A DNA stretch of 64,000 nt from Trichoplax sp. H2 (lineage: Eukaryota): NCBI GenBank assembly GCA_003344405.1, contig NOWV01000105.1:186001-250000 (forward strand). Direction: 5' to 3'. This document shows, piece after piece, positions 41,301 through 54,922 of this stretch. The position numbers and the translations under genes are program-made. The notes beneath the pieces are model-generated. The model ran no database searches. It was not told the origin of the DNA and saw nothing but the letters and a program-made list of their open reading frames with translations. Positions within the stretch are counted from its first letter, which is position 1. Every line of letters begins with the position of its first letter.

Positions 41301-41533
41301 TAGAGTTGGTACCCATTTTTCAAAATATTGCTCAAGATTTGATAAATTGCTGGCAGAATATAATTAACGAACATGGCGGTCAGAGAGCTACTTTGGATGT
41401 TCATAACGTTTTATCGCGAACGACGCTAGATATTATATGCAAAATGTCCGTTTGATTATCACTGTAATTTATTAACAGATGAGACGAATGAGTTTGCAGT
41501 TGCATTTGTAAAGATTTCAGGTGGTTTTATGTA
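38346..41533 (+). pseudogene. Cytochrome P450 paralog D, truncated pseudogene (exons 1-5 only)
   Basis: Exon 1 38346-38456 (ATA at the start position; TAA at 38421); exon 2 40306-40386 (TAG at 40324 plus a 1-nt insertion); exon 3 40690-40830; exon 4 40937-41043; exon 5 41304 to about 41533 (frameshift at the A-run 41441-41444). No exons 6-10 seen downstream. Confidence 0.88.
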
Positions 41534-44500
41534 ATAATATCTTCTTTAAGTAGCGTAAAGTATTTTAAGGTAGACGATGATAGAAGGTATAAAGGATTTT
41601 ATTGAGATACAAGTTACAGGCTAACAATGATATGGTTGTTATAGATAAGGTATTTGAGATAGCAGGAATGTAGGAACTGACTAACGAGTTAGCGTACAAG
41701 GGTATTTATAGGTTTTAGATGGGATTGAGATAATGTCTTTATATGTATAGCATGTCGTCTATATGTAGTCATGATGTCGTACATTATGAATGTAATATAA
41801 TACAGTACTTAAACGGTATATGATAAATATTCGTATATTAGGATATTACTATACTAGGCATCTTCTATATAAGATCATAATGTTACAGTTTTACTGTGGG
41901 GTAAGTTTAGGATACGTGTCTTCTAGAAATTTAGATCGCATTAATGTCTTATCGAGATTCTAATCTTTTAAAATATGATATGATACGATTTTACATATTC
42001 ATAAAGTTTTTGCAATGACGTATATTTGAGTTACCGCTCATATCTTCCCAACACTTTACTACTACAGTATAGAAAAAGACGGATGCTGTCTAAAATTAAA
42101 TGGAAGGTATTCGATTCTGTATCGACAAAGGGTTAAAAATAGTGATAAGCCATAACTCTACTTACGCCTGAATGCGGTAGCGCAAGCGAAAAGAGCAATA
42201 ACAACCAAGATCTTCATGATAGCTTGAAAAATGCAAATAAAAAATGAAAATTAGTACCGTATCAATATACGTGCATCTTTAAAATTAATTATAAATAATC
42301 GAGTTAGCACAAGTAGTGCGGCTACAAAAAATCGTTATACAGATTCAAAGGTTATCATGAGAAATTCTAAGCGTATATTAACTACTACAAATGGCCAGAT
42401 AGGTATTTGGTCATCGTCGTATTCGTCTAGATCTTATAGTATGATAAGGATCAGAGATAATATGAACGGGAAAAAGTTCACGGTACAAACCACCGCGAAT
42501 GAACTAAATTTCATGAACTGTTATGACTAATACATGATAGCAGCTGCCGAAAGGTATTTGAGGTTGTCTGATACTTGAATAAAAGAAAAGTTCTATAGTC
42601 GTTTAACGTAGGAGCAAAGGCGATTAAATTCTAATGAGATAGTTAAGGGAAACTAAATCCTGGAAACTATAGTAATTTAGAGATTTGTTTTACGTTATCT
42701 TTTCTACGAAGCTGGTTTGTGATAGAAAAAAATCTATTAAATTTATTACTTCTAGATAAGAAAATAATATCATAATTGCTAATGATCCTTACCAGATGAA
42801 TAGTTATCAGTCCTAACCAAGAAGTGATAAAAGTCAGCAGGCGATAAGCACCAATATTTATAGCTTTTGGAACAATGAAGGAATGACTCGTCAATTAACT
42901 TAGATGGGATAGATTTCATAAACCAATATTGATCAATGATTTGTTTATTTGTTATTTATTTCCGTTCTATGCCAGCAAACCAACTAAGCAATACGAAGTA
43001 CGCTTTAATTTCCATCGATTTTAAAAGAGTTATTTATCTATGCAAATGTGCGCAAAGGTCGTATGCCATAAGTAGTAATTGTTTATTGGTTAAGCGAATT
43101 TTACATTGTTAGCGGAATCTAATGGCGAAATAAATTATATTGTTAATCAATCCCGACAACGCTTAAATCTACATTATGAACACGCACCATAATTTTCGTA
43201 CGTTAGAAAAATATCAGAGTATAGTAAACAATTTCTACCGTAGTTAGTGGGAGTAGAAAAAAGGTGTCGGAAATAACCTCATCTAAATTGTGCCAAGTTA
43301 GTTTTGCAATAAGGAAATTAGTTATTAAATAGATGAGATGATATGAAAAGCAGGCTTGAAGTAGTAAATCAGACCGTAAGATAAATAGTATAAGTTCAAA
43401 AGCTCACACAGTCTAGGAAGGTTAGATTAAAATTTTTTCCTGTGGGGAAATTAGGAATTAAATTGAAAGAATGATAGAAAAACAAATAAATATCATTTCC
43501 GCGTATAGATAAGTTAATATCTATTCTGAATATATTGCATAGATAACGAATTGTATGAAAGCAAAATATAAGGTAATGACTAGGAGTAATTTAAAAATAC
43601 GTTTAAAAAAGTGCTATTGATTAAGGAAATGTATAAAAGAAGATTTCCAACTCAAGAATCGGAACCGTTGAACGATAAAAAGTTTGATTTATAAGCGTTG
43701 CTTAATCTCAAAATGAATTTAAAGATATCTGATATTCAAATCATCAACTAGTCAAGACTATGTCCTCTAATTTATTATGTGGCCGCCCATGCCTTTATGA
43801 AAGGAAGTGTAAATAAGGTAAAAGATTATGATTCCGGATATAAATTAAGTAAACACATTAACGGATATTGAATAATATCAAGTCAATCAGAAGAAAGACT
43901 AATGATAAAACTTATTACCATCGGACTTAAGATGATATAAATATTAACATAATCATTAATCATCATGAAGAGCTATCTAGGACTAAAATTATACTAAGTA
44001 TCATTTCTGAATTATAGGCTACAATTTGCTATTCATGAAGTGCACATGAATTGTAAATAGTATGCTTAAGGTTAGGCAACGTTTTTTTACATAATTTTTA
44101 AATTAAAATAATAATTATCGATGCGACTGTATGATAAGGTATATTACGTTATTGTGGTAAATAAAACATGCGATTTATATGATTTACTATTAATGCAACG
44201 TACAGTAATTTTGTAGCTAAATCACTTTAACCATCTGATTCCATCACAGCGATAAAGATTACCAAGTGAAGCTGATAAGTACTTCCATATTTCTTCTTAT
44301 TACTGACTTTATAGTAATATCGTCCAGATATCTAATTAATAATATGAATTCCGGGCAATCATGAAAAATTTCTATATCTATCTTATGATATAATGCACTG
44401 GTCTACTAAGTTGATTGGCGTTGTACGACCTATTCTAATTCAAATCATGAACTTGCATAATTATTTCCGATAACTTTCTGGCAGGAAAGTTCGTAGAAAA

Positions 44501-47500
44501 AAATGCAACCATCATCATAATTGAATAAGAATATATAATATTGACAATACGATTAAGGCTTGCATTTAAATCAACTTTAAAACGAGATACAATCAAGTTC
44601 AGTATCGATAAACTTTTATCATGATAATTTAGTCAAATCTTCAAACTTTGGACCTTACAATGCTAGCATTCATCGAAAGTAAAGTTCACTTGCAATCATT
44701 TCAAACGTCATATGGACCTTTACTTACTTTATTAATTACCCTACCGAGAGAAAGGAGCACGTGATTTAGGTGTTTTAATAATCTGTAATTCTAAAATGTC
44801 AAATCAGCAAATAACCTTCATTAATTTCTTTTATATGCTAATGGAAACGTATCCGATGGCCTGCTTTCCTGCTAACACTCTCTGAAAATATTTGACATAC
44901 TGCATTCCAAAAATGTTTATGTTACGTTTTCTAAACGAATTACTTTGTACCTTAAATTTATTTTGACCATTTATTTGCGTTACTAACCAATTCACTTTAT
45001 TTATTTTGTAAATTAACCCTACACATCAGATTTTATTTAACAAATGTATCAAACGAGTGTATATGTGTATAATGTAGTATTCTTTATATATTTATTTTTA
45101 CATAACATATGTATCTCGTTAATTTAATGCTATATTGGATTACAGACTAACGACTGACGATTTGCAACTGTAATTAATATAGTCCCGGTATATAATAAAG
45201 AATTATAATTAATGAATAATTAAAGTAGTGTATTTAGGACCATTTAAGCTAGAATAAAGGTTCATAATGTATTTAAAATTTTGAAAATTTCTATCGTATA
45301 AGCACTAGTATAAGATAATACTTGTATTCGTTGATACTAAAATACTTTCTGAATTTATAATGGACTTAAACCTTAAATTTGTTTCTAAGTATTATCACAT
45401 ATCTACAGTATTAAGTGCCCTTTAAAGACAAATTCAGTGCAATAATCAGTTCTTAACCCTGCTTCATGATAATTATCTTCTAGAATTGTTTACTAACTTT
45501 TGTAGCGAATTAAATCCATCCTTTTTGATATCATTCGCGTGCTATTATATTGTTATGCTTGAAATCATAAAGCTCGTTCATTAAGTAATGAGTAATTCCT
45601 TAACTTATTACATTACCTATAAATGCAATTATAGCCTATCATAATCGACCTTGGAAATTTATTCACATTTGACATATTGCGTTATGGGGTTGCTACTGTT
45701 TCGAGTTCTCCTAACAATCTGTAACTACAAGCCGTACTCCTTTATACTGATAAAGGTTAGCAAGGTAACTGCAAAAGTATATTACCCAAATTTAAGGTTT
45801 GTAACTTGTGCGAACAGAGGTTACTTTATACATACTTTTAGACTTATCTGCAGAACCTTGTTTACAAGCAGATAGGGTCTTGCTTAAATAAAAGCTAAAG
45901 ACAATGCGTATGGCTCTATGTAAGAACAAGCCAGAAGTTTTCTATCGGACTTATTATTTGTTCTTCAAATCATTGCTACTATTGAAGATTTAAGTAAACA
46001 AAGATTTTATTATCCACTTATTTATTAGCAACCTTAACTACGAAAATGATGATCATCTCTAGGCAATTGCGGTACTTATTCTGCAGAACCAATTATGATA
46101 TGAAGAGTGCTGGAATCCAATTGTATTCATAAGAATTTATTCTAAAAGATTCATCAGAAGAAGCAGATATTATCACTTCTGTATCTGAATCAGATAATAG
46201 TTCTAATCAGTTTATTATTGCCACAACTGTATTTTCTGTATAGTGCAGTACACGAAGGTCAATTCAAATTTTTCAGTAACTAGGTAGAATAAGATAAATA
46301 AAAGTGACTCTGTCAACAATGCAATGTATGCAATTTCTAAATTAGATTTAATTTTAGAGTTAAACATTACACTAATGAACTTTACATACCGATTATGAGA
46401 CAATTTGATTATAGTAAATAAGCTTATGTCCTCGGGACAAAAGCATTTGCACGAGTACAACCCCGATCTTCGATACATGATGAATTAACGAGAAAATTTG
46501 TCTTGACGATCTACTAATGGACTATTCTATTGTTTTTATGAAAGTGAAGGGTGGAAGCAATAAAATCAATCCGTTCTATAAATAAACCTAACAATCTTAG
46601 TTAATGTTATATTCTAAGAAAATAGTCTCCTAGCAGGCATTAGTTTAATTCTACGACCTGGTAGATAATTATACAAGAACCGCTCTCTTTTAATAAGGTG
46701 ATAAAAAGGGGTAACTAATTCGGATTGACTTTGTTGATATCGTAAAATGACAAAAGATTCATTGGTGTGGGTGGTTATGCTAATCTTATTTATATTTGAC
46801 CACGTTCACAGGGTAAACATCCATGCTTAAATTAAACATTATACTAGGATTATCTTATTTAATTGTAGTATTAGCATTTGTATGATTGATAATGTACACA
46901 GGATCAGCATTCATCAAAATGTTATTTTACAAAGATTTAACGAATTTCGAAATCTGTGGCCTTTCAAGCGCAATTTTTAATCCCTTTTTATTTCATTCCT
47001 GCACCGTTTAAGTGTTCTAGGAAGTAAAGCATAAACTGCATTTTGCTCTGCGGCTGCAAATTAACTGCTAGCGTGTAATAGTTTCTTCAAAGTTCTAACT
47101 GTACGAGTAGGTTAACATAATTCTAGGTAAATAATTCATATATATCGAGACTACTTTGAAGTAATTCTCGAGTACTGTAGTATTAGACAGGTTAGACTCG
47201 AGATCCTCGTGTACAGTTCGTAAGGGCTTCATTCAGATTATTAGACGCTTGCAGAGAAAATTGGACTGAAGCTAGCTAATTAAATAATTTCATCATTCAG
47301 TGAAGCATGGATAAATCTTTAGTATTGTATCGTGAGTTATTATAGTTTGTATCGCTGTTTCATGAATTTACGACGGCTCCAAGATCAAGCAACAATTTAA
47401 TCCTGTTTTTCGTTAAATTATGTATAAATATAGTAATATATTTATATACACACTTAAGGCCTCCGTTCTGGATCAACCACTAAACTATTGTCCTTAACTC

Positions 47501-48461
47501 TTATTTCACTTCTAGCATTTGATTTGACTATTACTTATAAGTTGTATGTATACATTGATTCTCAGCATAGTTAAGGTATACTTGTTAGAGTATCAAAGTA
47601 AGCGTCCATAAATCTGGTAAGATCTTCCAGTACCGTATCCTTTAACTCCAATTACAAGGAGGATAGAACATATTATAGAATCGGGTAATATGACGCGAAA
47701 AGTTGAACGTAAACCTTATGCTACATAATTATTCTTTAGCTGCATTCCCTAAAAGCTTTTCAATCCTTGCCGTGAGTTTTTAGTCTCATATACAAAATTA
47801 GATACGATAGCATTATTTCATAATTCCTATACTCCAAATGCCCCTTATTCCGTGGAATTCAGCCAAAATGGCACTGCCTAAAGTTGAAAGATAAAATACA
47901 TACAAAATCTTTGTTCTTATATGAATTAATGATGGATCTAGCAAAAAACGGATTGTTAGCCATGCATCATCAGAACTAGTAGATTAATCGAATTTAAAGG
48001 CTTATAATCCATGAAAACAAGATAGCTTCAAAGGGCATTTTAATTAGTCTACAGATCCTGGTGCACATTCCAATAGGTTCTTGCCTAATTTACCGGCATT
48101 AGACACCTGTAAAGTACATTAGTCTACAACATCTCAATTATATAATTCTAAAAGCAATTTTTGATAGAAGCACATGTTGTTTACGCAAGTAAGTTTGCTT
48201 TTTAAGTTAACTAGCTATTTTTGCATCATCTGACATTAAATAAGAAGCACACTGGTCATAAAAATCCCCTTTTTACTTGCAACAAGGCGATCAATGACGA
48301 GGAATTCTTTTCGTTATGGAGTTGGTAAGATATTACTTTTCATGCCTATTTTATTTCTAGTGTTGTAACTAGTTTGAAGTAAATTAGCCATCATTGCATC
48401 ACTCATTGTGCAAAACAGGATCTACTGAACATCCGTTTGAGTATATTGATTAACTACATAG

Positions 48462-48551
48462 CTAATAATAGGAAGCACATTCTGATAAATGACTAAAATT
48501 CATTTGCTTTTCACTTGCCCTAACTTGATCAGCTATGGTACTGATTTTCAT
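48462..48551 (-). pseudogene. Fragment of a Death-domain exon 3' end (MKISTIADQV...)
   Basis: 48523-48551 matches 50972-51000 at 25 of 29 nt and encodes MKISTIADQV versus MKINAIADQV. Confidence 0.5.
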
Positions 48552-50958
48552 TCACTTTTCAACCTACGGCCATGTTGGCTACATAGTTGGATCAATCTTT
48601 AAGTCTGCGCGTGAAAAAAAGTAGTTATGTGAAATATAGTACTGTTACGGCTCTACGTTGCCTAAATAATAGTTTAAGAAAGATTATTGGTGACAGTGTT
48701 TCTGCATTATAGTATAATAATTTAGGGTTGTTATTACTAAATTGCACTATGATAGGGACACTTTGAAACAAGGCGGAGATTAAGGGATAACACCGATTTA
48801 TTTATTATATTTTATCTATCAAGCCAATCACAGTAATCAGTGAGTCTTGCAAACAAGTATAACATTATACTGGTTGACACAATCCATCCACCACCACTAA
48901 ACTAATTTAGATTTATTTACGAGCTATGACATTAAAATCTTAAATTACGTTACCGTTCATCATTAAATCTACCGAATGAAAGAAAATACTCTATGAAGAA
49001 GAATACTAAATATTAATGTTCATTATAATAGTATACTAGTTGAGAGCCTTTTGGAATGGTAGTTCTTAGGAGTTATAGTAGCAGTACTATATTCTGACTA
49101 GATCTTTCGACAGATTAGGGGAGTAATTTGTAGAGGTAACTCAAAGTAAGTTCTTTACATTAGACTAGTGAACTTGTCAGGAAGTAGTCTGTGACAGCCA
49201 CATACTTACATTTATCAGCTATTGTAACCACTAAATTAACCTTCAACTTACCTTATATAGGATTACTTCAGTAGCTTATAACTCGGTAGGTTACGTCGAT
49301 AATATTATTAAACGGAGATATGTTTTATAAAGGTAGGTAGGAAAGTTTGGAATTCAATCAACTGTCTTTATAGAACATTTATAGCATAATGTCAAATCAT
49401 TTTCAACATCAAGTGGACATCATCGATTAACGCTGAATTGGAAGCACATCATGCAGTCCATGGACTCAAGTTCTCCTTCTTTTATCACTTGCTTTTAATT
49501 TATTAATACAATAGATTAGATAGACTGTAACGATGTAATGATGATGCCAATGAGATTTTACTTAAAAGTCGATTTCATTCGCAGCACTACTAGACGCATG
49601 CAATGAAAAATGAAATTGTCTATTGCCAGATTAAGCTAAATAATCAAGGCAATAACAGATGTTCATCATACACATTAGCAAATCTCTTAGTATTAACCAA
49701 CTTAAATACCATAGTACAACTGACATTAAAGCTATTTCTGCATGCTTATCATTGCAAGCTAAATCTTTGCAGTGAAAAGACTCATAAGATCAAAATTACT
49801 TAAAGTACAATATCTGCGATTCGTTAACTGTGCCATAAATGCAGCCTCATAGGACCACCTGCTAGAATAATTTCATAGTTATCAAGTTTTCGTTTTCTAT
49901 AGCAAGATCGTAAGCTGCTCGATATGAAATTCACAATACCGAGGTATAATTTAAGATTCCAAATATACTAAAGTTATAAACTTCATTTTTCGTTAAGCTT
50001 TTGCAGTTCCATGATGTTTTAATGACAGATGAGCTTCGTCATTCTACTAATTAATTAGTCTAAAGCTAAATTCGAACAAGGTGGTAAGTTGGCTCCATCA
50101 TTGCTATAGCATTTGCTTCATATCGATATTGACAAGCATTCTTAGTCATGTCTTATGCATGATTTTTTTTTAAGTAGATCATATCAATCAACTTATCCTG
50201 CTTGTAAATATATCATTGTTACAGCCATATTTATATTCCATTATTTATTTATCTACTGATTAAATTCGTCAATTTATCAAAATTATACTTGGCTACTTCG
50301 CAGTATTACACAAAGTTATTTTACTTAATTTACTATACTATGAATTGAATGCATTACCCAATCGTTTCGCAATTAAGGCTACATTAATGTCAGCTCCTGA
50401 TACTCAATAAACGGTATAAACCTGGATAAATTATTTGTTATGCTTCTTATTAGTCACTAATCTACTGTAAAATACTTGATGATATTCAATTACATTCGTC
50501 ATGTTTATTATTGTTTAGTAATTAATGTAACATTGAAATTTTTGTAATATTAAATTACATGATAGAGTAGTCAAGATACCACATCAAAAACTGCTCCGGT
50601 TAAGCTATACAATTTAGAATCAATGCGATAAACTGCGTGAGATAAATTGTAAAAATTATCCAAATTCGACTTAAACACCTGCAACACTGGTTAATTCAAA
50701 ACTACATTCCGCTATAGCGATTAAGTTTAAAACATCGATACTACTTGATTACCTGTGCCTCTTATTCGTTAATGTTAGAGTCATGCAAAGTTTAATTACT
50801 ATATATTAAAATAGTAGACGATTCCTTCGTCAATAGCTAGTTCTGAGCTCTTATATTGTAGAATAGCAACATGTCTCCATGAAAAACTGTAGGAAAAAGG
50901 TGTATAATCAATTATACTGGGATAACTCATAGCCATTACAAGCTTCTCTTCCATTCGG

Positions 50959-51216
50959 CTATTTTTCTTCGACTTGGTCAGCTATAGCATTGATTTTCAT
51001 CTTACGTAAAGCTGCAACTACTACGGAAATATCAGCATCTTGCCCGACGTTATTTTTCCACAATATCAGAACTTTGTACACTTTATTGTAACGGTTATGT
51101 TCTCTACTTGAAATATCTTCAATTTCTACTTGTGGCGAATGAAACGAGATTCACAAACGAAATAAATTGTCTATATTGAGTCGGTTTGCTATTATATCGA
51201 AGCACCTTATATCCAT
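50959..51216 (-). pseudogene. Death-domain exon with one in-frame TGA (absent from the ORF track)
   Basis: MDIRCFDIIANRLNIDNLFRL*ISFHSPQVEIEDISSREHNRYNKVYKVLILWKNNVGQDADISVVVAALRKMKINAIADQVEEK*, with TGA at 51151-51153. Death-fold pattern L..W......A.I..v..AL.......A. Confidence 0.75.
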
Positions 51217-51596
51217 TCTTGTATTAAAATAAAATTGAAAACATGAACTAGTCTTCAAGTCGTCAAGGTTGCATCTGATCTAGCACGCACGTTTAGCAAT
51301 AATATTGGGAAATTTTTTTCGTAACTACTGCAATTTTAAAACCTATGATATGTTATAAAATATAAACTACTACAAATACTGCTTCTTAGGATTTTTAATC
51401 GTCACTTTTGCGTTGAATCAATTTGAGCATTATGAATTCCTATAGAAAGTCTGCTAGATAATCAATCTTAGAACTAATTAAAATCTGAATTAACTCATAA
51501 AAAATTGCCTATTATGAACGTATTTTATGGGTAGTTAGCTAACCTTATAAAGCTTATTAAATAAACAATCCTAAAATAAATTATGGTCGTAAATTT

Positions 51597-51768
51597 AATT
51601 CATAAATAATTCTTTAGTCAGTAAATTAGTTTACTAGTAGCTAGAATATTCTAAATACGGATCCTCAAATTCGTTGATGATATCATTAGCTAACAAAACT
51701 GTACGCGATCATATCATCAGTGACAAAAATAACTGAAAGCGCTACTTCAATTCAAGAGGTAAGGTATT
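51597..51768. repeat. Diverged duplicate of 55518-55689 (linker block upstream of each Death exon), offset 3921 bp
   Basis: Colinear shared strings aattcataaat, ttactagtagctagaatattcta, gatatcatta, aaaactgta.gcgatcatatcatcagtg, gaggtaaggtatt. Confidence 0.85.
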
Positions 51769-53225
51769 TAAGTCTAGTTGAGTGCCTCATTACAATTTGC
51801 TAACTTTTGCCTTAATTTCACTCATAACGTGTTACAATTTTAAAGTATACTGTATTCATATTATCTACTCTTATAAAATTTAATTTATATCATCAGTATA
51901 ACTATAAGTCCGGGTATCAAAAAAATACTCAAAGCTTATCCCATAATCTCTCTAGTTAACGTTATGATTAAGGCCCCGAAATAGTTTCATGGCTAATGAA
52001 CAGCAGTCATCATTATGATTCTTTTCTAAACAGATTTGAAACTTTATATCGACTGTAAGCTATACTGTAGTTCCATTTAACAGCACTATAACAATGAATG
52101 CAAAGTCTTACTCATTTAATTTTCATTTTATGGCGGAGCCTAGTTACGTAATAGTGTCCTGAAGTTTTTAATTACCATGTAACGCCTTGACATATAACAA
52201 TTTAAATTTTTGTGCATGCCGCTTTGGTTAACTTAAATGAGATTGCTAGTGAGCGTACTTAAAACATGAATTCAGATTAAGTTTGTGATCTAATTAGGAG
52301 CTGTGATGGAGGGTTCGATATCTCAGAGGATTGAGATTTAGTCGCCATTTACAATTATTACAACAAAGGGTTTATAAAAGTTATGCTTTATTGTAGGTAA
52401 GTAATGTGAAGTATAGTGAGGTAATTACGGTAGATCAGCGTGCAAGCTGTCGTGAGTAACGAGTAGAAGTATTAGACTGTGAGAGACTAACTAGAAGACT
52501 AACTGAGAGACTAATGAACTATGAGGTAGGAATCGCCGGTATTTATAGTTTTAAAGATAGAGCACATTTAAGAGTAGAATATAGTTACAGTATATTCTAA
52601 ATACACTACTTCTAAAGACTTCTTGAACGAACTAACAGGATAATCTAAAGTTGCATGCTTTTATACTTTCCGTAGCATTCGCAGCTACAATCCGCATGGC
52701 AACCTTTACCTTATTTTACACATAGTTAAATTATTCTTAGTAAGACTATTCTACTGTGGACCATCATTAATCCAATATGGATACGACTACAGTACTTACG
52801 TAGACATTATTCACACCAGCCAAAGTACAATGAATTAACCATATCCTAATATATGATTTACAGTTCTATTTTTACCTATAGCCATATTAGTAACTCAACA
52901 GCTTACTGTATATAGTCATCTGTACTCTAGCATAGAGTCTCTACCACTACAGTCTATAGTTACAGCTACCAAATATCTCTTAGGATAAATATCTACCGTA
53001 CATTATACTACACATGGCTAACAGTCTACAATCACAATACTAAGTTACATTACAAGAGGCTATGGTTGCAGATTGAAAACATGATTACAGATCTGTACTG
53101 ATTATTAAATATTAAGTGAGCAAAAGAAATGCGCGATTAATAAAAGTGTAGTAACAGTCTAATCCGATACGTATATAATAAATTAAATGATTTCGATGAT
53201 AAAATGTTACCGCACAACGTATTTT

Positions 53226-53879
53226 CTAATCAAATTTGAAAGCTGGATTTAGTCTTGACTGCTACTTTTGCAATTACTGCTGTTATTTTGCTGCCACTAA
53301 TTGAACAAGTGGATAAGATTCAACACATAATTTTATTTTACCTGTAGTGTAATAGGAAAGTATATTCGAGCTATTAATCATAAGTAGTAAAAGCAGTGAC
53401 AAGTTGTTACAAGTCTAGCCAATAAATTCATGACTTATAGTAACCTGGAGAGACATGATGCATTCTTAATTTACGTTCAGGTTGACAATGCTTAGGCCGA
53501 AGCCAAGTTATTACTTTTATTGAGCCAAGATAGAAGCACAACAAACGCTCTATTAATAAAAGTGCTATACTAATCTAATTCAATACCTGTATAATAGAGT
53601 ACGCGTAGGTATTTCGATAAAACTACCGTATAGCGTATCCTAATCAAATTTGAAAGCAGGTTTTAGCCTTGTCTGCTAACGTTGCTAATGAGCCAACAAG
53701 TGGGTAATAATACAAGCAATATTATTGCCAACAAATAATACTATTGTTCCTTTAGCTTAAGGGGAAAGTATTTTCAGATTATAAACTATAAGATGTAGAC
53801 GTAATCCCAAGTCATCAGAAGTCCAATGAAAAAAATCAAGGCGTTATGATATCCTGGAGATACATGATGCATTCCTAAT
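53226..53879. repeat. Diverged direct duplication of about 245 bp (53226-53470, 53640-53879)
   Basis: Shared ctaatcaaatttgaaagc, aacaagtgg and cctggaga.acatgatgcattc.taat at about 410-bp offset. Confidence 0.7.
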
Positions 53880-54922
53880 CCAATGTATCCATCGACATCA
53901 AGTAGTTATCTGACACTTTGACGTGCATACGAGTCGTATTGCAAGTTGACTCAATTCAATCAGACAGTGAACTGCAGTAGTATAGAGTATTTCCCGAAGT
54001 CAAGTTTATAATTGGGTAAATATCAAGTTACAACTCAAATGTCAAGTTAAGGTTTAACACCTTGGATTGTAAGAGCTATTATATATTTACTAGCTATGGC
54101 AGCCTAAATCGATAGATCAATGTATACTTCTACACGTTACTGCGCTTACGTTGCTGACACAACTGCATACAAGTACGCTAATGCTAGACTATCCAATATT
54201 CAAGTTAAAAGATACACTTCAAAATTAAACAAATACTACTACAGTAAAGAGTACATCGAAGCACCATGACTTCTATTAATTTGTTATTACGCAGAAATTA
54301 CGGACATAAGGCAAATGAATCATATTTTTAAATTACAATAGCTGTTTCTGCTTCTTAGTTAGCGGCTTTATACAATACTATGCCATTCTTGTTATAAAAA
54401 ATCAAATGAAGTTAAATTTCGAACTATTTATACATCATGTAATACTTCAACATTTCACGTCTAATGGCGATAAAACTGCAACATAGAAAATATAGCCATT
54501 CTAGTTTATTGATTATTGTAAGCAAGCCAACAAGAAATTAAATTAGGACTATCGATCAATTAAAAATTTTTTAATTTTTAGTATTTAATTGACATTTTTA
54601 ATACTATAGTATAACGCTGTGTAAAACTGACAACCATCTATAAAATTAAGAATGTTAATCCAAATTACTATTAGTTTGCTGGGAAGTTTAAAGTCTACTT
54701 GTAAAATTATCGTAAGCTGAAAAGTAAATAAGCTTGTATTGTATTCCCTGTTTTTGAAGGGTTATCTGTTAGGATAGTTAAATTAATTTAGAAGAGTAAT
54801 TTAAGAAGGTAAAGGCATTCTATAATAATTTTGTCTTGGCGCATATTTTATAAGTTCAATTTAAATGTACGATAAATTATAAGCTGTATTGAAGATGGCT
54901 TTGAGGATAGGCTGTTTGCACT

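Noticed and set aside
41900-48400. Scattered exon-like snippets (e.g. 42357-42530, 47540-48110)
   Set aside because: Could not be assembled into a consistent frame or matched to a known family by eye.
51151-51153. TGA as selenocysteine in the second Death exon
   Set aside because: The position usually holds a small residue (GGA to TGA is the simplest explanation), it is not a redox site, and no SECIS was recognised.
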